Source: Candidatus Cloacimonadota bacterium (lineage in GTDB: Bacteria > Cloacimonadota > Cloacimonadia > JGIOTU-2). From it: a stretch of 64,000 nt of DNA. Every line of letters starts with the position of its first letter. Position 1 is the first letter of the stretch. The notes under the pieces are model-generated. The model ran no database searches and was not told the DNA's origin. It saw only the letters and a list, made by a program, of their open reading frames with translations. The stretch covers positions 16,013 through 80,012 of the forward strand of contig JAUWMT010000001.1 of assembly GCA_030613025.1 (NCBI GenBank). Reading direction: 5' to 3'. This document shows positions 50,186 to 59,900 of the stretch, piece by piece. The position numbers and the translations under genes are program-made.

Positions 50186-50292
50186 ATATTTCTTACATTA
50201 CTAAATACTTGTAATTCTAAGACGTCAAAAACTTGACACCAAATCAGGGCTCTCAGAATTGCACATTCTAAAGTACATCTGGAGGTTTAGCT

Positions 50293-50427
50293 GTGAAAAG
50301 AACGTTTCAGCCGCATAATAAACCGAAAAAAAGTTCTCATGGTTTTCGTAAAAGAATGAAAACCAAAGATGGTCGGGCGATATTAAAACGCCGCCGTGCA
50401 AAACGTCGTAAAAGACTTTCTATATAA
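50293..50427 (+). CDS. rpmH: 50S ribosomal protein L34
   Basis: A GTG start follows a GGAGGT ribosome-binding site. The translation is [44 protein letters not shown] (44 aa). It is not in the ORF track because it is under 60 aa. Confidence 0.9.
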   Translation: MKRTFQPHNKPKKSSHGFRKRMKTKDGRAILKRRRAKRRKRLSI

Positions 50428-50433
50428 TGAAGC

Positions 50434-50754
50434 GTGAAGAGAATTACTTCTCAGGCAGAATTTGATGCATTAAAGAAACATGGTAAACGTAAACGTGCTC
50501 CATATTTTGACATTGTTTCATGTGCTATCAATAAGGGCAATGATTTCGGTCTTGCCGTTATTGTTTCAAAAAAAATTGCAAATGCCGTGAAAAGAAATAA
50601 GATTAAGCGCTGGATTAAGAACTTTGCTCATATTCATAGTGATTTGTTTCGTATAAATTATGACTATCTCGTAATAACTAAACATGGTATTTATGAATTC
50701 GGTCGTGACAATATATATAACGAACTTGAAAAAGTTCTTGAAGAACGTGAATAA
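50434..50754 (+). CDS. rnpA: RNase P protein component
   Basis: A 106-aa basic protein with a GTG start, immediately downstream of rpmH. The blocks KRKRAPYFDIV...GLAVIVSKKIANAVKRNKIKR are typical of RnpA. Confidence 0.85.
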   Translation: MKRITSQAEFDALKKHGKRKRAPYFDIVSCAINKGNDFGLAVIVSKKIANAVKRNKIKRWIKNFAHIHSDLFRINYDYLVITKHGIYEFGRDNIYNELEKVLEERE

Positions 50755-50968
50755 AATCATAAATAGTTTTTTCATACTTTTGATAACAGTTTATCAGAAA
50801 ATTATCTCGCCAATTTTCCCTGACACATGCCGCTTTTATCCATCATGTTCCGCTTATGCCAAGAATGCATTTCATAAATATGGTTTTTTAAAAGCGATGT
50901 ACTTATCTTCCTGGCGCATACTTAGGTGCAATCCATGGTCAAGGGGAGGATATGATCCACTACTTTAA
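50747..50968 (+). CDS. yidD: Membrane protein insertion efficiency factor YidD
   Basis: The conserved block YQKIISPIFPDTCRFYPSCSAYA...NPWSRGGYDP is present. A GTG start at 50747 overlaps the rnpA stop and gives a protein of about 73 aa. Confidence 0.8.
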   Translation: MNKIINSFFILLITVYQKIISPIFPDTCRFYPSCSAYAKNAFHKYGFLKAMYLSSWRILRCNPWSRGGYDPLL

Positions 50969-50984
50969 AGGATAAATAAAATTT

Positions 50985-52616
50985 ATGGATAAAAAAACAA
51001 TTATTGCCCTCATCTTGATATTCGTCGTATTTTATTTGAGCAGCAAATTTATGTGGAAACAACCAGCACAACCTCAAACACAGCAATCCCCTACAAAAAG
51101 TTCTGAGCAGGTTGTAAAACCACCAAAACCCTATGTATCTCAAGACGAAAAAGAGATCGTGGTTGATGCTACTCCATTTGGGCTGCAATCCGACATACCG
51201 TTAAATGATGCAATAATCCTTGAGAATGAGGATGTAAAAATAATTCTTACAAATCGTGGTGGCAACATTAAACAGGTTGTTTTAAAAAATATAATAAATG
51301 AAACTCGCGAAAGTGCGGTGAATCTCTTTATCAAAGAAAAGGGCATGTTCAATACCGTGTTTTATACGAGCAGCGATACTATCGATTTCAGAAAACAGAA
51401 CCTTAAATGCACTTATGATGAGTTAACTGCTACTTTCTTTATAGAAAAAGACGGAAAAAGAATTTTTGAAAAGCAGTATTCCCTCGATAATAGTTATACG
51501 TTGAATATTGCCATAAAAGCAGATGAAATAGGTTTTATTGATGCTTATGATATTCAGCTCGATGCGGGTATCTACTATGATCAAAAAGGTGATAAGCGTT
51601 ACAAGACCTATATTGATGTAGTATCCTTTGTTGACAATAAGCTCGATAAGGTCACATTGAAAAAAGCATCCTCAGGTGCTTTTCAATACGGGAATATAAC
51701 CTGGACTGCGCTTAAATCAAAATATTTCATGGTTGCAACAATTCCTGAGCGAACAGTAAAACTACGAGAGATATATGCTTCTGCAGATAATAATGCAATT
51801 ATGGAAAATTTAAAAATCGAAGTAGGAAGAAATTCTATTGATCATTCATTCCAATTTTATTGCGGACCGGTTGATTATGACCGCTTGCGTGCTTTTAACA
51901 TTGGGCTGGAAGAAACAATGAATTTTGGCTGGAAGCCGCTTCGTCCTATCAGTAAATTGATCCTTAAACTATTAAAATTCATTTACTCCCTCATTCCAAA
52001 TTACGGTATTGCGATCATTATTCTCTCGACCATCATCAAATTCGTATTTTACCCTTTAACTCATAAAAGCTTCACCTCTGCGCAAAAAATGCAACAAGTA
52101 CAGCCGTACTTAAAAGAACTGCAAGCACAGCATAAAGGGAACCCCCAGAAGCTTCAGAAGGAAACCATGAAGCTTTATAAAGAGCATGGAGTCAGTCCGT
52201 TAGGTGGTTGCTTGCCACTGCTCATTCAGTTCCCATTTCTTTTTGCTTTATATCCTGTCCTCCAATCCACTATCGAGCTTCGTCATGCTGGCTTTATCTT
52301 CTGGCTGAAGGATCTTTCCATTCCGGATCCCTATTATATTTTGCCTATTCTCATGGGTATCACCATGTTCTTTCAGCAAAAGTTGATGACCCAGCAACCA
52401 ACTCCTAATATGGATGAAAAGCAACTTGCACAGCTCAAAACCCAGAAACTCATGATGTATGGCATGCCTGTTTTCTTCGTTTTCATTTTCAAATCTTTAC
52501 CTGCAGGACTTGTTCTTTACTGGTTTACATATAATATACTTTCTGTGATGGAGCAGCTTTCAATCCGAAAAAAAACTCAAGCACGTTCAAAAGAAATTAT
52601 AATCAATAAAAAATAA
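50985..52616 (+). CDS. yidC: Membrane protein insertase YidC
   Basis: A 543-aa protein with an N-terminal transmembrane helix, a large periplasmic domain, and the C-terminal 5-TM core GIAIIILSTIIKFVFYPLT...LPLLIQFPFLFALY. Confidence 0.9.
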   Translation: MDKKTIIALILIFVVFYLSSKFMWKQPAQPQTQQSPTKSSEQVVKPPKPYVSQDEKEIVVDATPFGLQSDIPLNDAIILENEDVKIILTNRGGNIKQVVLKNIINETRESAVNLFIKEKGMFNTVFYTSSDTIDFRKQNLKCTYDELTATFFIEKDGKRIFEKQYSLDNSYTLNIAIKADEIGFIDAYDIQLDAGIYYDQKGDKRYKTYIDVVSFVDNKLDKVTLKKASSGAFQYGNITWTALKSKYFMVATIPERTVKLREIYASADNNAIMENLKIEVGRNSIDHSFQFYCGPVDYDRLRAFNIGLEETMNFGWKPLRPISKLILKLLKFIYSLIPNYGIAIIILSTIIKFVFYPLTHKSFTSAQKMQQVQPYLKELQAQHKGNPQKLQKETMKLYKEHGVSPLGGCLPLLIQFPFLFALYPVLQSTIELRHAGFIFWLKDLSIPDPYYILPILMGITMFFQQKLMTQQPTPNMDEKQLAQLKTQKLMMYGMPVFFVFIFKSLPAGLVLYWFTYNILSVMEQLSIRKKTQARSKEIIINKK

Positions 52617-52629
52617 TAAAGTTTGAATA

Positions 52630-52897
52630 GGGTGTGCTAGGCGGGAAGCCAGCGGTGTCCTGTAACCTGCAATCCGCTATAGCAGGGCTGAATTCCAATC
52701 TGCGAGATTTGATGTCTGTCTGTTTGTTATGCAAGTGGTGTTGAGAGTCAAGTCTAACGCAATCGGGCTCTGCGAATCTTGTCAGGACCGGAAGGTAGCA
52801 GCAATAAGCAGTTCGTCTGATGTGCCGTTAGTAATCTTGGCTTGAGCTAACTACATAGTGCCTTTCAGAATAGAATTTCAATGTGCGGTGCACACCC
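52630..52897 (+). ncRNA. ffs: Signal recognition particle RNA (ffs), long form with an Alu-like domain
   Basis: The domain IV consensus GTCAGGACCGGAAGGTAGCAGCAATAAGCAG matches GUCAGGUCCGGAAGGAAGCAGCCAAGGCAG of the E. coli 4.5S RNA. A closing helix pairs GGGTGTGC with GCACACCC and is followed by a T-run. The region is GC-rich, non-coding, and about 268 nt long. Confidence 0.7.
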
Positions 52898-52960
52898 ATT
52901 TTTTTGCTATGAATAATAAAATTTCTACGGTTGAAATAAGATTACTTTTTTTGTTTTAAC

Positions 52961-53899
52961 ATGAAATATAAACATCTCTTTGGACCAGTTCCATCACGCC
53001 GGCTCGGCTTATCGCTTGGTATCGATCCTATTCCCTATAAAACCTGCTCCTTTGATTGTGTGTACTGCGAATGTGGAGCAACAACAAACCTTACAGCAGC
53101 ACGGAAGGAATATATTCCAGTTGATGAAATTATTTCAGAACTCGATTCCTTTCTCTCAAACAATCCAACACTTGATTATATTACCTTCTCAGGTTCGGGT
53201 GAGCCAACGCTGAATATTGGAATAGGAAGAATAATCTCATTTCTTAAAAAGAAATTTCCGCAATATAAGATCGCAGTGCTCACAAACAGTTCTCTTTTTT
53301 CCGATCCTGAAGTTCGCAAAGAATTATTACTTGCAGATGTGATAATGCCTTCTTTAGATGCTGTTTCTGAGAGTATCTTTCAAAAAATAAACAGACCTGT
53401 TAAGGGGATTAGAGCAGTTGATGTCATTCAAGGACTTATTAGCTTCCGCGAGGAGTTTCCAGGAAAAATTTGGCTCGAAATATTTATCATACCCGATATT
53501 AATGACACAGATGAAGAAATTGAAAAATTGTATGCTGTCCTGAGGAAAATCAATCCTGATCTGATCCAGTTGAACTCTCTTGACAGACCCGGCACAGAAA
53601 ATTGGGTCGTTCCTGCTGATGAAGAAATTCTCATTAAGATTAAGAACAGATTTACGGATTTACCAATTGTCACAATTAGTAACTACCAAAAAAGAGAGAC
53701 GGTTAAATCCTATAATTTTAAAATCGAAGATGCAATTCTTGCAACCATCTCACGGCGACCCTGTACTGCGGATGACCTTTCCGAAATTCTGGATATTCAT
53801 CTTGCTGAACTGAACAAATATCTTGATGCCTTACATGAAAAAGATATGATCGAAGCAGTGAAAAGACCTCGTGGACTGTTCTTCAGAGCAAAGGTATAG
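52961..53899 (+). CDS. Radical SAM domain protein
   Basis: Contains the CxxxCxxC motif CSFDCVYC about 30 aa from the N-terminus and a glycine-rich SAM motif FSGSGEPTL. The protein is 312 aa. Confidence 0.7.
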   Translation: MKYKHLFGPVPSRRLGLSLGIDPIPYKTCSFDCVYCECGATTNLTAARKEYIPVDEIISELDSFLSNNPTLDYITFSGSGEPTLNIGIGRIISFLKKKFPQYKIAVLTNSSLFSDPEVRKELLLADVIMPSLDAVSESIFQKINRPVKGIRAVDVIQGLISFREEFPGKIWLEIFIIPDINDTDEEIEKLYAVLRKINPDLIQLNSLDRPGTENWVVPADEEILIKIKNRFTDLPIVTISNYQKRETVKSYNFKIEDAILATISRRPCTADDLSEILDIHLAELNKYLDALHEKDMIEAVKRPRGLFFRAKV

Positions 53900-53900
53900 T

Positions 53901-55097
53901 ATGCCAATTCTGCTTATCTGGATTGGTTTCTTCTTTTCGCTGGCTATTATGATACTTATCGCGAGAAAGAACCTGTGGCTCGGCTTCATAATCGGTGCAC
54001 TGATATTAGGTTTTATCAATCTCAAACCTGTTGTTATCTTTCAGCAGATCAAAGGCACTATTCTAAACCCTTCAATACTATTACTGGGTATTGCAGTTAG
54101 CGTTATATCCCTCATCGGGGGTGTGTTGGAAGAATCTGGTTTAATGGAGGGATTGTTCAAAAATCTACGGCTGAAACGCAAGCTATTTCTGATTTTTGGA
54201 CCTGCATTTCTGGGAATGCTGCCTATGCCCGGCGGTGCACTTCTTTCTGCTCCTCTCGTTCTTAGAGCGGGTGACGATATTTCCGACAAGCAATATACTG
54301 CGATCAATGTATGGTTCCGCCATGCTTTGATACTGATCTACCCGCTCGGCGCACTGCTTGTTACAAGTAAGATGGCTGGCTTATATTTATACAAAGCCCT
54401 ATTGTATTTGATACCCGGCTTTCTTCTTATGATAGTTCTCGGTTTTATATTTTTATTGAAAGGGATCAAAGGCAATCTTCCCACACAAAAACATCTTAAT
54501 TATAAAGCTCTCTTTATACCAATCTGGATTATTATAGCAGCTCCGCTTACCCATCTTCTCTTGATGACCCTTTTTCCTGATATTCTTACAGAAATTCCTC
54601 TTATTATCGGTGTTTCTGTCAGTCTTGTCCTGGCTCTGCTTTTTGGAAAGATGAAACCTCTCGATCTGATTTCAGTTATCAAAAAAATGAAACCGCTCAA
54701 ATACTTCCTTATCATTATCGGAATGTTCCTTTTTCTAAACATTTTTAAGGCGTCGAATATTTCTGCGATAATTGCGGAGATAGCTATCTCAAAGAGCTTT
54801 ACTATTGTTGTGATCGCTGCATTCCTCGGTTTTGTAACTGGACGAGTTCAGATGCCTTTTGCTATCGCTCTCCCAATATTTTATTCTCGCTTCGGCACTG
54901 ATGCTATGTCCTACCTGCTTTTTGCAATTATGTTCTTCTCTACATATATGGGTTATATCGTTTCTCCTATACATCCATGTGTGTCGGTATCAATTGAATT
55001 TTTCGGGTCCAGTCTCAAGGGTTTTTACAAAAAATTATTTTGGCCTGTTTTTATTTCACTGGCAACTTCCTTCTTAGTTGCCATTTTATTTGTATAA
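53901..55097 (+). CDS. Polytopic integral membrane protein, possibly a transporter-like DUF family
   Basis: A protein of about 398 aa with at least 10 predicted transmembrane helices. The start was set at the ATG at 53901, which follows the radical SAM stop and is preceded by AAGGTA. Confidence 0.5.
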   Translation: MPILLIWIGFFFSLAIMILIARKNLWLGFIIGALILGFINLKPVVIFQQIKGTILNPSILLLGIAVSVISLIGGVLEESGLMEGLFKNLRLKRKLFLIFGPAFLGMLPMPGGALLSAPLVLRAGDDISDKQYTAINVWFRHALILIYPLGALLVTSKMAGLYLYKALLYLIPGFLLMIVLGFIFLLKGIKGNLPTQKHLNYKALFIPIWIIIAAPLTHLLLMTLFPDILTEIPLIIGVSVSLVLALLFGKMKPLDLISVIKKMKPLKYFLIIIGMFLFLNIFKASNISAIIAEIAISKSFTIVVIAAFLGFVTGRVQMPFAIALPIFYSRFGTDAMSYLLFAIMFFSTYMGYIVSPIHPCVSVSIEFFGSSLKGFYKKLFWPVFISLATSFLVAILFV

Positions 55098-55098
55098 G

Positions 55099-55536
55099 AT
55101 GAAACAAAAAATAATCGCAGTTATCGGTGGGAGTGAAGCTGATAAGCATTTCTATGATTTTGCGTATCAGGTTGGAAAACTCATTGCTGTCCATAGCTGC
55201 ATTATGATTTGCGGTGGGCTTGGCGGAGTTATGGAAGCTGCTGCAAAAGGTGCATACGAAAACGAAGGAATGACTATTGGAATTCTTCCCGGTTTTGAGA
55301 AAAAGGATGCTAATCCCTATATTTCCATACCTATTATTACTGGCTTATCAACTGCACGGAATGCAATTATTGCGAGAACCTGCGATATTGCAGTTGCTAT
55401 CGATGGCAAATATGGAACTCTTTCCGAAATTGCATATTGCCTTGATTTTGGTAAAACCGTCCTTGGTTATCAAACTCATAATATAGATAAAGTAATTCCA
55501 ATCAAGAAACCTGAAGATATCATCAAATACTTGTAG
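55099..55536 (+). CDS. LOG/TIGR00725-family Rossmann-fold protein
   Basis: Starts IIAVIGGSEAD and contains GGLGGVMEAAAKGA and ITGLSTARNAII...AIDGKYGTLSE. The start is the ATG 1 nt after the upstream stop. Confidence 0.6.
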   Translation: MKQKIIAVIGGSEADKHFYDFAYQVGKLIAVHSCIMICGGLGGVMEAAAKGAYENEGMTIGILPGFEKKDANPYISIPIITGLSTARNAIIARTCDIAVAIDGKYGTLSEIAYCLDFGKTVLGYQTHNIDKVIPIKKPEDIIKYL

Positions 55537-55959
55537 TCTTAAGACTAATATCTATTTGTAATTAGAAATTAGGCACTTAAAAAATGAAACTTACCAACAA
55601 GTTGTCGTGAAAATAAAGATTCTCGCAAAGACGCAAAGAACGCAAAGGAAAAATGAGAAATATTTTTTTTAAAAATCAATAACCAACACCTTTAGGTGTG
55701 GAAAGCTACTACCGTTTCACAGGAATGCTCGTTTACAAATTATATTTGGGAATGTTATTTTCTGAAAAGTTTTTCTTTGATTCTTTTTCTTTAACAATTG
55801 TGTTCCCAAATGTCCCGAATGCTTTCGGGAGGAACAAGAAGGAATTCCCTCATCATTGGATATTCCGTGCCTGCCGAGCCATAGCCTAAGCGACGGCTGG
55901 TCGGATATTGGATATTCATTTTAAACTTACCCACTTAATTCTTCAAAGAGCCAAGTAAT

Positions 55960-56973
55960 TTAGAAATTTGCTATTATTCCAATCCTGTGTGAATTTCCCA
56001 AATTCGTATGCGTGACAAGCGCATAATTTATCATGAACTGTCGATATCGAAATCCCAACCCTGCAGTAAAATGCTCTTCATATAAACCTGACCGGACTGA
56101 CAATATATTCTTGTAAGTAAATTCCACCCCGAGATTTTTTGAATACTCATAGACATCGCTCCAGTCAAATGCGAGTATCATTCTGGAATTGATGAAAGAC
56201 ATCGGTTGCTCAAGAGCTAACCCAAACCTTGGTGTTGTAATGATCTCGTCAACGTGCTTAGAGCGGGTATCCCAGGTGATCTTCGTTCCTCCAATATCTT
56301 GAAGATTAAAGGCAATTTTTATCTTACCAAGCCATGGAAGATCGGTCAGCATTCCAAGGTCACTGCGCACCATGAAGGATATATCTCCGCCCATTCCTGT
56401 ACCCATGTTTTCATATACATCACGTTTGATATATTTGAATACGCCGCCAATATAATAATCAATCGGCAGATCGAATAGTTCCCATCCGAGATTTACAATT
56501 CGCGAAAAATTCTTTGCAAAAGCAAATTCAAATAATTGGTCCGAGCTTGAAAAATACCCATCAGGAATACCGGTAAGCTGTAAATCTACATTTGATGAAC
56601 GAAGAAATACGTTTGAATTCTTGATCCAGTCCTCATCATACAATGGAATATTATCAACAGAAAGCTGTGTAAAGCTGATGCCGATCGTGGTACTCGCTGG
56701 CAGGGGAATGCAAAATGAGAAGAAATCATATGAAGCGAGATTATCAAAAAGGAAGGCATGCATGAATTCTGCTTCAATATCCGTAATTTGGGCAATTCCC
56801 GAAGCATTCCAATAAATCGCACTTCCATTATCTGCAACTGCGGAGAATGCACCACCCATTCCAAGAGGTCGGACGCCGCTTCCGAGCAGAATGAAATCGC
56901 CTGCATATCGTCCGGCATACAAGGACAACGGTAACAAAATAAGCAGAATAAGTATTACAGTTTTTTTCATCAT
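55960..56973 (-). CDS. Outer-membrane beta-barrel protein, PorV/PorP(SprF)-like T9SS component
   Basis: A signal peptide MMKKTVILILLILLPLSLYA is followed by alternating hydrophobic beta-strand patterns, and the C-terminus ends in Phe (IGIIANF). Its start overlaps the stop of the upstream C25-like gene by 4 nt. Confidence 0.5.
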   Translation of the reverse strand: MMKKTVILILLILLPLSLYAGRYAGDFILLGSGVRPLGMGGAFSAVADNGSAIYWNASGIAQITDIEAEFMHAFLFDNLASYDFFSFCIPLPASTTIGISFTQLSVDNIPLYDEDWIKNSNVFLRSSNVDLQLTGIPDGYFSSSDQLFEFAFAKNFSRIVNLGWELFDLPIDYYIGGVFKYIKRDVYENMGTGMGGDISFMVRSDLGMLTDLPWLGKIKIAFNLQDIGGTKITWDTRSKHVDEIITTPRFGLALEQPMSFINSRMILAFDWSDVYEYSKNLGVEFTYKNILSVRSGLYEEHFTAGLGFRYRQFMINYALVTHTNLGNSHRIGIIANF

Positions 56974-59900
56974 CGCAGAATCGCCATCTTTTTGATCTTC
57001 TCTATTCTTTTACTTCCCTTTTGGGCAATTATTTTATAGAAGTACACACCGTTTGCAAGTTTGCGCCCGTCGCGATCAACGCACTCCCACCCTCTAAACT
57101 CATGTGGATATTCGTGGTAGCCAACAGTTGTTCGCATGTCTTTGATCACATTCACCAATCGCCCTGAAACTGTGTATATCTCGATCTTTACTACATCAGC
57201 ATCGTCGGTGAGGGTGTAAGTGAATCGGGTTCTTCCTTCGTTGTTTGGATCAGTTGTTTCAAGGGAAATTGGATTCGGATAGTTCCCCATATTTATGATA
57301 TTAAATTCTTTTTGAACTGTGAAGTTCACAACCTTCTCATGATAATTTCCATTCACATCAGTTGCGGAAATAATCAGTGTATAAGAACCGGCATCAACAT
57401 CGATTTGATATTTTACAGGTATTGATGTTATAGTATTGGTTGATAAGGTATAATTAGTTACGGTTTCACCGTTCAGGAATATTCTTATCTTTTCTATATT
57501 AATGCCATTTTTATCCTGAATAATAAATGAGAACTGTGCATTGTTATCGACATAGCCACCGTTGGTAAACTCCTGCCCTTCTACATTAACATCAATAGAT
57601 GGTACGGTTGTATCATTATTATTGAACAAGCTATAAACGCCTGGCTTTGATATATAAGCATAAGCTACATTTTTATCCTGAAGGTTGGTATCGCCACCGA
57701 TCATGAACCAGCATTTAGTATTATCATTGTATCTATACAGCTTGAAATTGCCATGCTTTGCGAGCTCCTGTATAGCAATATCAATAATTGTATAATTGAA
57801 TAATAATGAGATGTCCTTTTTAAAGGTTTCCTGTTGCGCCAAACAGGATGAATCAAATGGTGCGATTTTATAACTCATGAGAGTACCGGACAATAACGGG
57901 ATCGCTTCTATATCAGGAAGAAGATTTGTGGTATCCAAAACTGCCGGTTGAATGTAAAACATTGCATCCTGATCGACTACGCCAGAAGCAAAAGATGCAA
58001 CAAGATTTGAATCAAGACTTGCATGAACAAGAGCAGTATTATGGGGAACGGTAAAGGTATTTATTTCAAAGCTTTTTGTGGAATAATTATTATAATAATT
58101 GAGTTCGAGATAGGATGTGTCAGGATTGGCATAAACAGTTAAGTTATACTGAGATGGAGGTAAAGTGCAGTTAAAGGAAATCTTTCCCCTGTCAAGAGCC
58201 CCGATCGCACTGGTAGTCGTTGAGTCAAGAATTGTTGAGCCGTTCTTGAGAATGACTTTCGTTGGAGGTGTTGGTAACTTTCCTATATTTAAAAGTTCTA
58301 TTTCAAAAACTGTTCCCGTAGCAGCAAAATTCATATTGTATGTTTCTATAGAAATATCTGGACCTGATATCTCAAATGATACTTCGTTTGAAATTGTGGT
58401 TCCCCCATCAGAAGTATGCACCTCGATATAATATTCAATGGTTGTTTCAGTATCAAATACCCCTACTGGCTCAATTGTTATATATCCAAGAGTGTCTCCC
58501 TCGGATTTATTCATAGGAGAATTATATTGATATTGAGGTGAGTTATATTTCCACCATATACAATTGACGGAATCAATCCCGGCTTTATCATACGCCTTTG
58601 ATGAAATGAAAACAGAATCTCCAATTGCAGGTATTTCCGGTATTGACTGCATATGAAACACTGCTGCTTTTCCAACGCTGAACTCAGTATATCCAACATA
58701 ATCCGAATAAGAATCATAGCCGTAGGTTCTTACTATACGCGTAAACTCGGATGAAGTTTCCAGAGTGTCAATTACATATTCGTAACCCGATGGAGTATAG
58801 GATTCTCTCTCAATATTATTCAGTTCGACCTGAACAAACTCTTCCGGATTATAAGGATTTCGAATTAGATCTTCTTCATCGGTAACATAATATGAAATTC
58901 TATTGAGCGTTGAACCTTCATTATCAATAAATACAGAAACAGTATCACCTTTTATGAATTGATAGCTGTCAAGAGTTGTCTCAAGCTCTTGAACGGGCAG
59001 TACAATATCGATTGCAGGGTCACCCATATAATTGAATGAGCGCAAAAATACAAGACGAGCGGTATCCCAGTATTTGAGTGCATATTCAGTTTTTGCGATA
59101 TTGCATATTGTCGCAATATTTCTCTCATCATACGTAAAAATGCTCTGCAGGAAGAATGCGCCAAGATATTCGTCCTTATAGAGAAATCCCTTGCCTGCCC
59201 CTCCGAAGAAACCAATTGCTCCTTTGCCGGCTTCCAGCACAAAAGCTTCCGCAAGGCAACTTATGCCCGGATATTCAAAGTTAGAAGTATAACAGGTCAA
59301 GCTGCTGATTATCGGATAGTTATCATTAAAAAGCGTTGAGATATTTCCCAAATTCATAAGATTAAGATCAGACCAGACCTGTCCCCCGCCGTGACCCATA
59401 AATTGAATGAAAGCCGTTCCGTCATCGATATAATCTTGAATATCCGTTGTGCTGCCCCAGTATGGATCATCGTGATCTGCCTGTGCATAAATGCGTGAAA
59501 CACGAAAACTTTTGGGAATGTAATTCTTGTTCAAGCGTTGACTCTGATCTTCAAATACTCCCGAGCCACCGGCAATGAGCATCAGGTGATTTCGCCAGTT
59601 ATCATTGAAATTCGGTTGTGTATTATACTGGATCGTTTTCGCAAAAACTGGGAGTATCTGCTCTGTTTCCCAGATCGGGATTCTGCCTATTGCAAGGTCC
59701 GGAAGCTCGTCATCTCCAACTATTGCCACAAACCAGTTATCATCAACTGTCGCTCCTACATGGTAAGACCAGCTCATATGGGTGGGTACAATACTGTATT
59801 CTTTTCTGGGTGAACTTGGTCTCTCGTCATAGCAGCCATCACCGAGCAGAAGAACATATTGTGGAGCCGGTTCCTGCCAATTATTATATGCGTAGGAAAT

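Noticed and set aside
50234-50239. TTGACA upstream of rpmH, considered as a possible -35 element
   Set aside because: There is no acceptable -10 hexamer at 16-19 bp spacing, and FCB-group promoters often do not follow the E. coli sigma-70 consensus. I left it unannotated.
55698-55889. A 63-aa ORF in the long intergenic region
   Set aside because: It has no ribosome-binding site and low-complexity hydrophobic composition, and it overlaps the predicted hairpins. It is probably non-coding.
57100-57110. TGTGGATAT, a DnaA-box-like 9-mer. A second one, TTATCCATC, lies at about 50833.
   Set aside because: These are single isolated near-matches inside coding sequences and do not cluster. They are not evidence for oriC.
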